DNA of 64,000 nucleotides from Octopus bimaculoides (Eukaryota), in NCBI RefSeq assembly GCF_001194135.2, contig NC_068983.1, forward strand, positions 32,954 through 96,953. Direction: 5' to 3'. The translations under genes were made by a program, and so were the position numbers. Positions within the stretch are counted from its first letter, which is position 1. The number at the start of each line of letters is the position of its first letter. Below the pieces are notes generated by a model. That model was not told the origin of the DNA. It did no database searches and was given only the letters and a program-made list of their open reading frames with translations. Positions 50,752-62,940 of the stretch are shown here, piece after piece.

Positions 50752-53700
50752 CGCTCCCCTGATCTATAGATCATTCAACTGGCTCTCCCACTCACTCCTC
50801 GCTCCCGAACTACCTTAATTGGTTTCATAATCAGCCAGCCAGAGAGGAAGGTGCNNNNNNNNNNNNNNNNNNNNNNNNNNNNNNNNNNNNNNNNNNNNNN
50901 NNNNNNNNNNNNNNNNNNNNNNNNNNNNNNNNNNNNNNNNNNNNNNNNNNNNNNNNNNNNNNNNNNNNNNNNNNNNNNNNNNNNNNNNNNNNNNNNNNNN
51001 NNNNNNNNNNNNNNNNNNNNNNNNNNNNNNNNNNNNNNNNNNNNNNNNNNNNNNNNNNNNNNNNNNNNNNNNNNNNNNNNNNNNNNNNNNNNNNNNNNNN
51101 NNNNNNNNNNNNNNNNNNNNNNNNNNNNNNNNNNNNNNNNNNNNNNNNNNNNNNNNNNNNNNNNNNNNNNNNNNNNNNNNNNNNNNNNNNNNNNNNNNNN
51201 NNNNNNNNNNNNNNNNNNNNNNNNNNNNNNNNNNNNNNNNNNNNNNNNNNNNNNNNNNNNNNNNNNNNNNNNNNNNNNNNNNNNNNNNNNNNNNNNNNNN
51301 NNNNNNNNNNNNNNNNNNNNNNNNNNNNNNNNNNNNNNNNNNNNNNNNNNNNNNNNNNNNNNNNNNNNNNNNNNNNNNNNNNNNNNNNNNNNNNNNNNNN
51401 NNNNNNNNNNNNNNNNNNNNNNNNNNNNNNNNNNNNNNNNNNNNNNNNNNNNNNNNNNNNNNNNNNNNNNNNNNNNNNNNNNNNNNNNNNNNNNNNNNNN
51501 NNNNNNNNNNNNNNNNNNNNNNNNNNNNNNNNNNNNNNNNNNNNNNNNNNNNNNNNNNNNNNNNNNNNNNNNNNNNNNNNNNNNNNNNNNNNNNNNNNNN
51601 NNNNNNNNNNNNNNNNNNNNNNNNNNNNNNNNNNNNNNNNNNNNNNNNNNNNNNNNNNNNNNNNNNNNNNNNNNNNNNNNNNNNNNNNNNNNNNNNNNNN
51701 NNNNNNNNNNNNNNNNNNNNNNNNNNNNNNNNNNNNNNNNNNNNNNNNNNNNNNNNNNNNNNNNNNNNNNNNNNNNNNNNNNNNNNNNNNNNNNNNNNNN
51801 NNNNNNNNNNNNNNNNNNNNNNNNNNNNNNNNNNNNNNNNNNNNNNNNNNNNNTACGCCCGGAGCAGGGTCAATAGACTGGCACTTGTCACAGCTGCTAA
51901 CCACTCTCTGCACGCTCCGCCTCGTTACCTCGGAGTCGATTTTCCTGGCTAGGAACAATGTCCTGTCCACTCCCATGTGATGCATGGTATGCAGTCTCCT
52001 CAACTCCGAGTCACTCAGACAGCATACTGCAGCCACAGCCTGCTCCGCATCCTCTGGCACCTGCAACCAAGCTCGCTTTACCCTGGTTAGGACGTCTGCC
52101 CTGTTCTTTTCGGAAGGCACAAAAATTACGCTCAGCTCCAGATCGAACTCAGCGGTTAGTTCACGCAATATTCCCAATCTGCGCTTTACCAGCATCTCCG
52201 CGGCCCCTTTGGTTCGCGCCCTCTGCTCATTGGTGATGACTGCCGTCACCCAACCAAGCACAGTGGCCGAATCGGTTCTAATTTCGATGGTGCACAGCCC
52301 CCACTTCAAGACCAGGTTCACCCCCTTCAGCATGGCATCCAGCTCCGCCACATTGATATGGTTGCAGTCATCCATCTTCCTGAGCCAGGCTGCATCTTCC
52401 ACCACGGTGCCTCCCATTTCTAAGACAACCCCTATTACGATGCTACTGGCGTCACACCAAACGATCCCACTCTTTGATTTGGGAACATACCAACCGACCC
52501 TCACTGGATCCTCTGCTCTCATTCTGACCAAGACTTCCTGCATCTAGTCGATCATCTTCTCCCCAACTCTGTCGTTCCACTTTGCCCCTTCGGCTCGTCT
52601 CTTGATGAAGCTACATGCTGTCCGGAGCCATCCTGCAATCGAGTAGTGTACCACCAGCTTCCCGCACACCGAGAACAGTTCCCGTCTACTCACGCTGGTG
52701 CCCAGTTCGGGGATCTCGTTCCCACGCCGAAACACCAACGCACCGGCCTTGTCTCTCCGTAGTTTGAGGCCCAGTGCAGCGCCTCCCTCCATGGCCTCTG
52801 GTGGCTTGGCGACCAGTCCGAAATTCTTCAGGTGGCCTATGACCTCCGTTGCTGGCATTATGGTTTCATCTACAAGGATGTCATCAATGNNNNNNNNNNN
52901 NNNNNNNNNNNNNNNNNNNNNNNNNNNNNNNNNNNNNNNNNNNNNNNNNNNNNNNNNNNNNNNNNNNNNNNNNNNNNNNNNNNNNNNNNNNNNNNNNNNN
53001 NNNNNNNNNNNNNNNNNNNNNNNNNNNNNNNNNNNNNNNNNNNNNNNNNNNNNNNNNNNNNNNNNNNNNNNNNNNNNNNNNNNNNNNNNNNNNNNNNNNN
53101 NNNNNNNNNNNNNNNNNNNNNNNNNNNNNNNNNNNNNNNNNNNNNNNNNNNNNNNNNNNNNNNNNNNNNNNNNNNNNNNNNNNNNNNNNNNNNNNNNNNN
53201 NNNNNNNNNNNNNNNNNNNNNNNNNNNNNNNNNNNNNNNNNNNNNNNNNNNNNNNNNNNNNNNNNNNNNNNNNNNNNNNNNNNNNNNNNNNNNNNNNNNN
53301 NNNNNNNNNNNNNNNNNNNNNNNNNNNNNNNNNNNNNNNNNNNNNNNNNNNNNNNNNNNNNNNNNNNNNNNNNNNNNNNNNNNNNNNNNNNNNNNNNNNN
53401 NNNNNNNNNNNNNNNNNNNNNNNNNNNNNNNNNNNNNNNNNNNNNNNNNNNNNNNNNNNNNNNNNNNNNNNNNNNNNNNNNNNNNNNNNNNNNNNNNNNN
53501 NNNNNNNNNNNNNNNNNNNNNNNNNNNNNNNNNNNNNNNNNNNNNNNNNNNNNNNNNNNNNNNNNNNNNNNNNNNNNNNNNNNNNNNNNNNNNNNNNNNN
53601 NNNNNNNNNNNNNNNNNNNNNNNNNNNNNNNNNNNNNNNNNNNNNNNNNNNNNNNNNNNNNNNNNNNNNNNNNNNNNNNNNNNNNNNNNNNNNNNNNNNN

Positions 53701-53988
53701 NNNNNNNNNNNNNNNNNNNNNNNNNNNNNNNNNNNNNNNNNNNNNNNNNNNNNNNNNNNNNNNNNNNNNNNNNNNNNNNNNNNNNNNNNNNNNNNNNNNN
53801 NNNNNNNNNNNNNNNNNNNNNNNNNNNNNNNNNNNNNNNNNNNNNNNNNNNNNNNNNNNNNNNACGTCTCTACCACTCCCGGAGTCATCAGGGTCGTTGT
53901 ACAGCCTGTGTGCACAAGAGCTCGCGACATCTTCCCCTCCACCAGCACATCAACAACGGGTAGAAAAAAATGCGCCTTTACTGATCCG

Positions 53989-54032
53989 AAGGGATGACCA
54001 CTGGCGCAGTAGTCTCCCTTAGACCGTTTCCC
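53989..54032 (-). promoter_or_regulatory. Predicted -1 programmed ribosomal frameshift (gag to pol)
   Basis: G_GGA_AAC in the gag frame, a 5-nt spacer and a 14-bp hairpin; the -1 frame is the protease ORF. Confidence 0.8.
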
Positions 54033-54902
54033 TGCAGACATTCGCTGGCTATATGTCCCGTTTCTCGACAGCGGTAGCAAATGACCTCAGGCTTGGGTAA
54101 CTTGCAGTCTCGCACCATGTGCGGGCCCTGACACCGGAAACACTGTCCTTTGAACGGTCTCACACGTTCCTTGTTCGACTCCTCTCCGCTACTCCTTGGT
54201 CGGTCACCTTTTGCTGTTGCCGTTGCTGCCAACGGCGTCGATCTACAACACGAAACTAACATGCGAGCCCTCGTTATTATATCCGCCATGGGCATGGCGT
54301 TCACGTCCGGCAGTTTCTGCAATTCGACTGACATGTGGTCAGGAANNNNNNNNNNNNNNNNNNNNNNNNNNNNNNNNNNNNNNNNNNNNNNNNNNNNNNN
54401 NNNNNNNNNNNNNNNNNNNNNNNNNNNNNNNNNNNNNNNNNNNNNNNNNNNNNNNNNNNNNNNNNNNNNNNNNNNNNNNNNNNNNNNNNNNNNNNNNNNN
54501 NNNNNNNNNNNNNNNNNNNNNNNNNNNNNNNNNNNNNNNNNNNNNNNNNNNNNNNNNNNNNNNNNNNNNNNNNNNNNNNNNNNNNNNNNNNNNNNNNNNN
54601 NNNNNNNNNNNNNNNNNNNNNNNNNNNNNNNNNNNNNNNNNNNNNNNNNNNNNNNNNNNNNNNNNNNNNNNNNNNNNNNNNNNNNNNNNNNNNNNNNNNN
54701 NNNNNNNNNNNNNNNNNNNNNNNNNNNNNNNNNNNNNNNNNNNNNNNNNNNNNNNNNNNNNNNNNNNNNNNNNNNNNNNNNNNNNNNNNNNNNNNNNNNN
54801 NNNNNNNNNNNNNNNNNNNNNNNNNNNNNNNNNNNNNNNNNNNNNNNNAGAAATCCGGACTACACTCATAATTTTTTTTTTTTCTTATGGGCCGAAATAG
54901 CT

Positions 54903-55171
54903 TGTGGTGTGATGGAGGAAAAAGACAACAAGAAGCAAAAGGACAGAATGGAACGTTGGACCTTACCTTGTCGACCGCAGCGGAGTACACAATCGCTCTT
55001 GATCAAAACAAGTCTTTCTCGTAACCTCTCTGTTTTTTGACTGACGCACGTGCTAGCCTTCGACCGCGTGTGGCCGACTTCCGGTCTGACCCTTCCGGTC
55101 TGGCTTCACTTCTGTTTGCCTCATCCCTCTCCACCAACAACACACAGCTCATCACTGCCCATAACACCACA
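54903..55171 (-). repeat. 5' LTR (269 bp)
   Basis: TGTGGTGT...ACACCACA inverted termini. Confidence 0.95.
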
Positions 55172-55259
55172 CACATCTTACCCGCTATTATTCCCCAAAG
55201 TATAATACATACATACATACATTCATGCATACATGCATGCGTGCGTGCGTACAAACATG

Positions 55260-55305
<46 letters not shown>

Positions 55306-56399
55306 TACATACATACATACATACATACAAAAAATACCCTGTTGTTGATGTTGAAATTCCAATGAAGGAGCCTTGGGATCTAGGTTAGAAACCGGCTCTT
55401 TCTCTTTTGGCAAGAAATCTCGAAATAAAATGAACAATGACATATATGTGTGTATACATATATGCATATATGTGTGTATACATATATGTATGTATACATA
55501 TATGCATATATATATACATATATGCGATGGAATACCACAGTTTCAAGGCTCTCTACTTCAGTATAAACAGAATGCTAATATATTCAATGGCTAATGTGTT
55601 TGGTCAAGGAGCCGATAATGATGTGGTTAGAATCCAGTCAACCGATTCGTTATTTTTCTCGCTGGAAATGTTCAAATGATTGCAGAGTTTATTGGGAGTT
55701 TTGATGGTCGAAACATCGTCTAACGTTGATACAGACAGATAGGGAAGCCTAGACGCGTATATACACACGCTCACACACACGTAAATACACAAACACATGT
55801 GAGACCAGATGGGAAAAACTGTAGCGCGATATTGATAATTATCAAGACAGCTTTTTTTGTGTGTTTACGTGTGTTACAGCTCTTTCTTCGAGACGTGTTC
55901 CACTGTGCTGCTGCCATTGCAGGTGGAAACGAGACATTTTGACAGATGGCCGTCGACTCCCATCCCCACCCCCTACACCTTCTCTCTGCTTCAACCTTCT
56001 TTGTTCCGTAAGGCGTTCCTATCTACCACAGTTCATGGTCAGCTTCTCCTCATTCTCCCACTTCCTAAATTATACTTCAGGCAAATACTCACTCACAATT
56101 CTCTCCTCCTCCTCTCACTTGGACAACATTGCTGCTCTTATCTGACGCTATTTAATCTGTCGTCACACTACTTCACAGTCCACTTACTTGTAATGTTTGA
56201 CCCTGTTCCTGGTAAACACAGAAAACCCGGCTGCTAAGATTCCGTGCTGTCTAACGTTCACAGATTCAAGTCCAGCCAAACAAATGTGGGGAGGGATGGC
56301 AAAACTAGATGAAGTTTACAATACCTAATTTGGTGTGTGACTTTCTGAGTTCAAAATATGTCTGTGACTTCGTTGTTCACCCTCACAAATTAATGATTT

Positions 56400-56585
56400 C
56401 AAATTTTGGCACTAGGCCAGCAAGTTCGGAGGAAGGGGAACACCGTTTACATTGACCCCAGGCCTCGAAAGGATGAAAAGTAAAGTCGACCTCGACAGAA
56501 TTAAAAATCAGAACATAAAGACGGATGAAATGCCATTAAGCATTTTGCCTGGCAAGCCAAACCGATTCTGTCTGCTCACCGCCTT
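56400..56585 (-). mobile_element. SINE with a Deu/Nin-like domain
   Basis: GAAAGGATGAAAAGTAAAGTCGACCTCGACAGAATT...CAGAAC. Confidence 0.65.
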
Positions 56586-56659
56586 CCCCGGCGCAGATTC
56601 ATAGATATAACCTTGAAAGTGGGATGTCGTAAACTTGTCGGTACTCCATGCTAAGCTTT

Positions 56660-57900
56660 TCACGTAAACAATCCCTTCTCTGGTTTGTGTTTACGTGCCA
56701 AGTATCCATTCTTAGTGAACTGGTTCGTTTTTTTTCTGTTGTTCTGCTAAATAGATTTCACCAATGCTCCTTGGGGGAAAAGATCTGTGTCGGTTCTTAT
56801 TTCATACCTCTCCTGAAGTTCATTGACTATTCTAATTATGTTGTTGGTTTCATGGTAACAATCGTAGGCAAGGTAGTCACAGTTCTCTTTCCTCTGCTGC
56901 AGATGTTGTTTCATTATCACAATCCGTGCTTCATAAGACATCAATACAAATTTGAGATCATGGCTTGCGTGGGAAGCATAAGATGACTTAGAGGACTTAG
57001 ACTGGTTTCGGCCAGGTTATCAGCCAGGCCACGACTAACTCAATAGCACCACCTGGAAGAGTTCTTGTAGTGATCAGTTCAGAAGGCCAAATGTAGGTGT
57101 TAGGACAGGTACTGCAAAGGTGTGGTGGACAATATGTTTGTTGTAGGGTTGAGAGATCTGATGATCATATTCCCTTTACTCCCATGAGGTATTCATTTCT
57201 GGTCCTCTCCTTAATTATGGGTCCATCATATCTGACATTCTATCTTGTCCGAGATACCTATAATTGTCAGAGGTTGTATTGTCAAACCATTCATTTTAGG
57301 ATTTCAGACAAGGGCACAGCTTTTCCATGTTTCACTGTCAAAAATGCACATTTAGACACAACAAATTTTATCCCAATTTTTTAGAAAGCTAGGTCATAAG
57401 GTCCAATTGTCTTTTTTTCTTTTTGTTAATGTGGTTGATATTTGGTCCATAAGCTTAGTATCATGTCATCAACAAAGAAAAGATGGGAGATACTTCCGGA
57501 TTCATTTCTCCAGTCACTATGTTTTGTGAACAGGAATGATGTTTGTATGTATGTATATTTTTTCTTTGAGTTTAAGTTCTTGAAAAAGTTGATTGTTTAC
57601 AAAGTAACAAGACCTTTTGGAGTTAAGAGAGTTCCCAGTGTTTGTAAATATATGGTTAAGTTGGTGTGTTGCTTGACCTGTCGATGAATACAAATGTGTC
57701 TGCATCTATTGACATAAGAATCTCACATGCAGAATTTTTAGAATGACTTAAAAATCTTCACTGCGCCACCAATAGATTGGATTTGGAGGATTTGCGTCAG
57801 TTTCTGTTGCTCTTTTTCCGTGAAACCGAATCTTTCTTGTGCAAATTTCTTAATGCACCTATGATGATAGTAGGTACAACTGAGAATTCATAGTTAGGGT
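56660..57900 (-). mobile_element. R4/Dong-clade RT fragment, decayed
   Basis: FFVDDMIL, IGIKFVVSKCAFLTVKHGK, YRYLGQD, FAVPVLTPTFG, YEARIVIMKQHL. Confidence 0.75.
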
Positions 57901-58086
57901 GTAAGTTCCGCATTAATTCTCCATAAATGTTCTCTTTTTCCTGGACTTTTAATTATTGTTCATTCACATCTGCATAACTTTTGTTCCCTGTCCCACAGAG
58001 CAATTATAATACACATTTACCTCTGGGTAATAGACGCCATATTTATCACATGACCTTTCAGTATAAATTTTATAGTACACCCATAT

Positions 58087-58125
<39 letters not shown>

Positions 58126-58164
58126 TTTTAAAAAAACACAAAAAACAATAACAAAAAAACAACA

Positions 58165-58390
58165 AAGTGAGGACGTGATACGGATAGTGTTATTGGACGC
58201 TCGGGAAAGGAAGGAGAGAGAGTATGACGTTTCGGGCGGAGCCCTTCGTCGGAAAGACAGAAAGTTCGGAGAATGGAAAAACGGAGGAAGAGGAAAATGG
58301 CACCGATGCCCACGAGGTTACATTGTGAAAGGACCGGAAGAAGAGGTGGTGGGGGAAAAGTTCTTTCTAAGACAGGAGAGTGAAAAGGGA
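58165..58390 (-). mobile_element. Penelope-like terminal repeat with a minimal hammerhead-like motif
   Basis: CCGACGA-AGGGC-TCC-GCCC-GAAA-CGTCA at 58252-58225. Confidence 0.55.
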
Positions 58391-61189
58391 GGNNNNNNNN
58401 NNNNNNNNNNNNNNNNNNNNNNNNNNNNNNNNNNNNNNNNNNNNNNNNNNNNNNNNNNNNNNNNNNNNNNNNNNNNNNNNNNNNNNNNNNNNTGTGTGTG
58501 TGTGTGTGTGTGTACATAGTTTGGTGGTTTATCTGTTAGTGTGTATGTGTGTTTGTGTGTGTGTGACGTAGTGGAAGGAATTAGTAGCAGGAATAGTTAG
58601 TGGGTGCTTATGGACAATGGTTAGTGGAGGGTCAGCAGGCAGTTTTTGAGTATGTGTGTGTTCGTGTGTGTGTTTGTGTGGGGTTGTAGGTGTTGGGTAC
58701 GTGTGCGTGTGCCGTATGTGTATGTGGGTGTGTGCGTGTGTGTGGATGTTCGTGTGTGTGTGGGATTGTGATGTGTGTGGGGTTGTGTGTGTTAGGTACG
58801 GGTGCGTGTGTGTTTATATATATATACATACATATATACTTATATATACATACATATATACATATATNNNNNNNNNNATATATATACATATACTTTATTT
58901 AAAAGCAGCAGAAATATAACAAAAGACAGTTACTCTGAGTTTCACGTTCCCGTTTACATATATATATACCTACCTACCTTACCTACCTGTCTGTCTGTCT
59001 CTCACTCTGTCTATCTCCCTTCTCTCCCCTCAGCCTTGTAATGAATTGATACAAGTGAAATTTGTTAATCTTATTGGGAAAAGAGCATTAAGTTCGAAGA
59101 CAGCTGAAAGAACTGTTGTTAAAATATCTGATATTTACTCACTTCATTTGAAACAGTCTGAATAAACAGTTGAGAAATAATTCCAAGATATTTTTAACAT
59201 GTTTTCAGAAAAGGGACTCGTGCTAACGGTCCAATACTCAGATACCTCATTTCTAATGATGGCTGTAATTTACACTTGAAACAACAGTTCTGATACTGTG
59301 ACAATTCCGGCCATCAACAAACACCAATACAACTCTATCTTTTTATCTTCAACTATTTCACAATTCTCACATTGTCTGCCAATATGGTACAAATGGAGAC
59401 ACTGTTTACCTCTCTGGCCTATCTACATTCTCCATTTATTTGTTCAACGAAGCTAGAGATGTACGAACATCATTTTTATTTGTTAACTGTAGACGCCCCC
59501 CCACCCCAAACGTTCAGAATTTTTTCTCAACAATGTTCTTTTATTTAGTTTATTTTCTTTTATATCTACATTTTCTAAAATGTTTAAAGATAAAAATTCA
59601 TGGAGTAGTGTAAATCTTCATTTAAAATTCCATTTACATCAAAGATATTAAACTGACCCAGTATTTCTCTGGTACTTTATCTTTACAAAAATATTTATGA
59701 CAAAACTTTACTGCTTTTTCAGGAATATATTGTACACACACACACACACACACACACACGTAAGAGATACAAAGTGGATTAGTTACTAAGATTTGAAACC
59801 TCAGTACATGAATGTGCTCATTTTCCCAGAGTACTCAACTTTTCCCACACGTTTTTAGCATAAACAACGTTCCAGTATATAAGCATGCATTCAATTAGAA
59901 ACATCCACTCAAATATTTGAGTCACTGTGGTTGGATTCCAGACTTTACCAATTCTATGCCATTATTCTTGACATCATGTCTGTTGGATGCTGCACTTAGC
60001 AACAATTCACACTGCACTGCTTTACTTTCCATCTGCTATTCTCACTTATCAGTTTAACTTCTCTGGGTTTTCGTCTGCCATATTCTCTCTTGCTATTGTC
60101 AATAACGAACACAAACTATGCTTTCTGTGTCCTAGCTTTCACTCATTTATCTCTCTATGCACTCAGTTCACAGTATTTGTAGAGGAAATTTATTTGGCTC
60201 AATGCATGCATGTCTTTACCCACAGCACCAGACACCCTTGTCTTCTGCAATTCCTTTAACGTACCCATCACACGATGCACACTTATGGCTGAAAATCTTC
60301 CTATAATAACATGTGCAGTGAAAAGAGCACTTTTCCTCCTCAGCTCCTTTCAACGAAAATCGACAGCTGCACCATATTCAGACACAAATATGCATTCTTA
60401 CATATGCAGCACTGTCTAGCCTTGTATCACATTTAAAAACCACTTCACTGTACACTCAAGTCAATGCTGTATGCCATTCAACCTTACTTGAATATGTGTC
60501 TCTACTCGCATATACAACAGTTCAGATTCCCCTTCCTGGGACCAAAGAGATTTCTGGCCTTGCTTCATATCCACCTCTATACTTTCCACACACAGTTTTT
60601 CACATTGTCAGATTTTCACATTATGTACATCTCCATCATCTTCACCTTCTCTGATCAAATGCCAATTGAATGTTTTGACATATTTAGTCATCTATACAAA
60701 CATGAAGCTTATTGTTGCTCTCATTTAACCATCTGCAAACACGAATATTTCAGTTTTCTCTCTCACATTGCATTAAAGTTTTGTTAATTCAATGGGAGTA
60801 ATTTTGCTCAGATGAGCAAATATAATTTCTCATAAGCATTTTGCTTTTTAATGACCAGCTCACTTATTGAGAAGTAGTGAAAGAGATTTATAACCGAGAA
60901 CTGAAACCTCACTCTTCATGCTTGTTTACACTGTTCTTGGAATCTGCACTTAGAATTTATTAGTTCAACGTGTCAACTTCATCATCATCTTGGGTAAGAC
61001 AAGAGTTTGACTTAGATAAATCCATTCACTTCTGTTGCCTATCTCTTAATATGGCTTTAATACAGCTGTTTATTGAAATACCTATAGAAAATGCCCCTCT
61101 TTTCCCTGGCCACTCTCAGACATTTTACTTATGCCATCATGAAAGTCACAAACTTAGATTTTCACACACACTGGCAATTCACTTCACAT

Positions 61190-62940
61190 ATTCACATATT
61201 ATTGCAGAATCTTTAGCAGAAATGGAGAAGAAATTCCAGGTATGGAAACAAAACCTGGAATCAAAAAGCCTTAAAGTTAACCTTGCTAAGACCAAAGTTG
61301 TTGTTAGTAAGAAGACAAAATTCTCTTCCTGTCAGGTAAATGGCCCCTGCTCCATATGTAAGAAAGGAGTTGGAAGAAATTCCATGCGCTGCACCCAGTG
61401 TAAACTATGGACACATAAGAGGTGCAGTGGAATCACAGGTGGAATAACAGATAAAGTCGTCTTTGTATGTGGCAGATGTGCAGGAACAATAAGTACTAAG
61501 AGCACAGGGGACTTAGATTCTCCCAAATGCCCAGGAGGCTCTCTTGAGGTTGTAGACAGTTTCTGTTACCTAGGTGACCAAATAAGCAATGGTGGAGGAT
61601 GTTCTGATAGTATTGTTTCTAAAATAAGAATTTGGGTGGAGGAAGTTCAGAGAGCTATTACCTCTGTTGGCAACAAAAGGACTCTCTCAGAGTGAAAGGT
61701 AGACTATATGATGCTTGTGTACAAACGGCTATACTCCATGGTAGTGAGACATGGGCTCTGAATGCAGAAGACATGAGCAGACTGGAGAGAAATGAAGGTG
61801 GCATGTTCCGTTGGATGTGCAACATCAGTGTGCATGTATGACAAAGTGTAAATGAATTGAGAGAAAAGTTGAGCATAAGAGGAATCAAATGTAGCATGCA
61901 AGAGAGAAGACTACGTTGGTTTGGACATGTGATTTGTATGAATGAAGACAGCTGTATAAAGAAGTGCCAATCACTGAAAGTGGATGGTACCCGTGGCAGA
62001 GGGGAGATCAAGTGGTAAGGACCGGTCTCAGGATGTTTGGCCTCATGAAGGAAATGACAATGAACCAAGGTCTCTGGTAATATGAGGTTCTTGAGAAGAC
62101 CCAGCCATGTCAGTGAAACTGAGTTCTAGAAATACTGTGTGTCCCACCCACACTTAACAAGAAAACTTCTCACACGCTCTACCACAACGAACTAAACTAC
62201 ATCTCTTCCTCACATTTTCTCCTTCATACATTATGCCTACCAGGGCATACCTCAAGGGTACACCCTACCACTTGCCACCATCTATATCTCTTCCTTTACT
62301 CAACCACCCCATTTATATTCTGATCCCCATTTATTGTGAGTATGCCCAGCACTTTGTCACCATCTCTACCCTACTGTATCCCTCTCTCTCTCTCTCTCTC
62401 TCTTCCTGCACTTCCCTCAGTTTGGGTAACCATCTATTTCCTTTGAGGCAGTGCACCTGTTTCTGTCTTCATTCCTCCTCCTCTCTCTCTCTCTCTCCCC
62501 ATCTGGGTAACCTTGTATTTCCTCTACAGCAAAACACCCATTTCTGTCTCTGTCCCACTATAACCTTTCGTCATCTGACACAAGATCACCTCCTCCAATT
62601 CCCCCTCCCCACTCAAGAGATTTTTTTTGTCTTGCAAGTACTTGGTGACCCTGTCAGTGCAGGTGCCACTTAATTGCACCCAGTCCACACTGTAAAGTGG
62701 TTGGCATTTGGAAGGGCATCCAGCTGTAAAAACATTGCCAAAACTGACCTCACCTGTGCTTGTGCCACATAAAAGGCACTAAGTCCACTCTGCTGAGTGT
62801 TTGGTGTTAGGAAGGGCTTCCAGCTGTAAAAATCCTACCAAAACAGTTGCAAAAGTCTGATGCAGGCTTCTGCCTGGCTGGCTCCTGTCAAACTGTCCCA
62901 CCCATGCCAGCATGGAAGGTGGACATTAAGTGATGATGAT
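61190..62940 (+). mobile_element. RTE-clade LINE, 5'-truncated, with a Cys-rich insert and long 3' UTR
   Basis: LKVNLAKTKV...C4HC3 cluster...SFCYLGDQ...RLERNEGGMFRWMC; tail GGACATTAAGT(GAT)n. Confidence 0.88.

Larger units (their letters stand above)
50497..55171 (-). mobile_element. Structurally complete Ty3/Gypsy-order LTR retrotransposon (gag, PR-RT-RH-INT), inactivated, three N gaps
   Basis: Paired TG...CA LTRs; 5-bp TSD CACAT (50492-50496, 55172-55176); PPT AGGGGAGCG before the 3' LTR; two Gag knuckles; protease ALVHTG; RT IDDILV; RNase H WCDAS/HINVAELDA/TDS/NRADVLTR; integrase HH-CC (HTMHH...CDKC). Confidence 0.95.

Noticed and set aside
54885-54893. TTATGGGCC resembling the copia half-tRNAi-Met PBS, and TGGGCCGAAA resembling a canonical tRNA-Phe 3' PBS
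   Set aside because: Both read on the + strand, antisense to the element as fixed by its ORFs and PPT.
59990-60960. Coding-like composition here and at ~63000-63900
   Set aside because: All frames are interrupted and I could not assign a family; probably old transposon debris.
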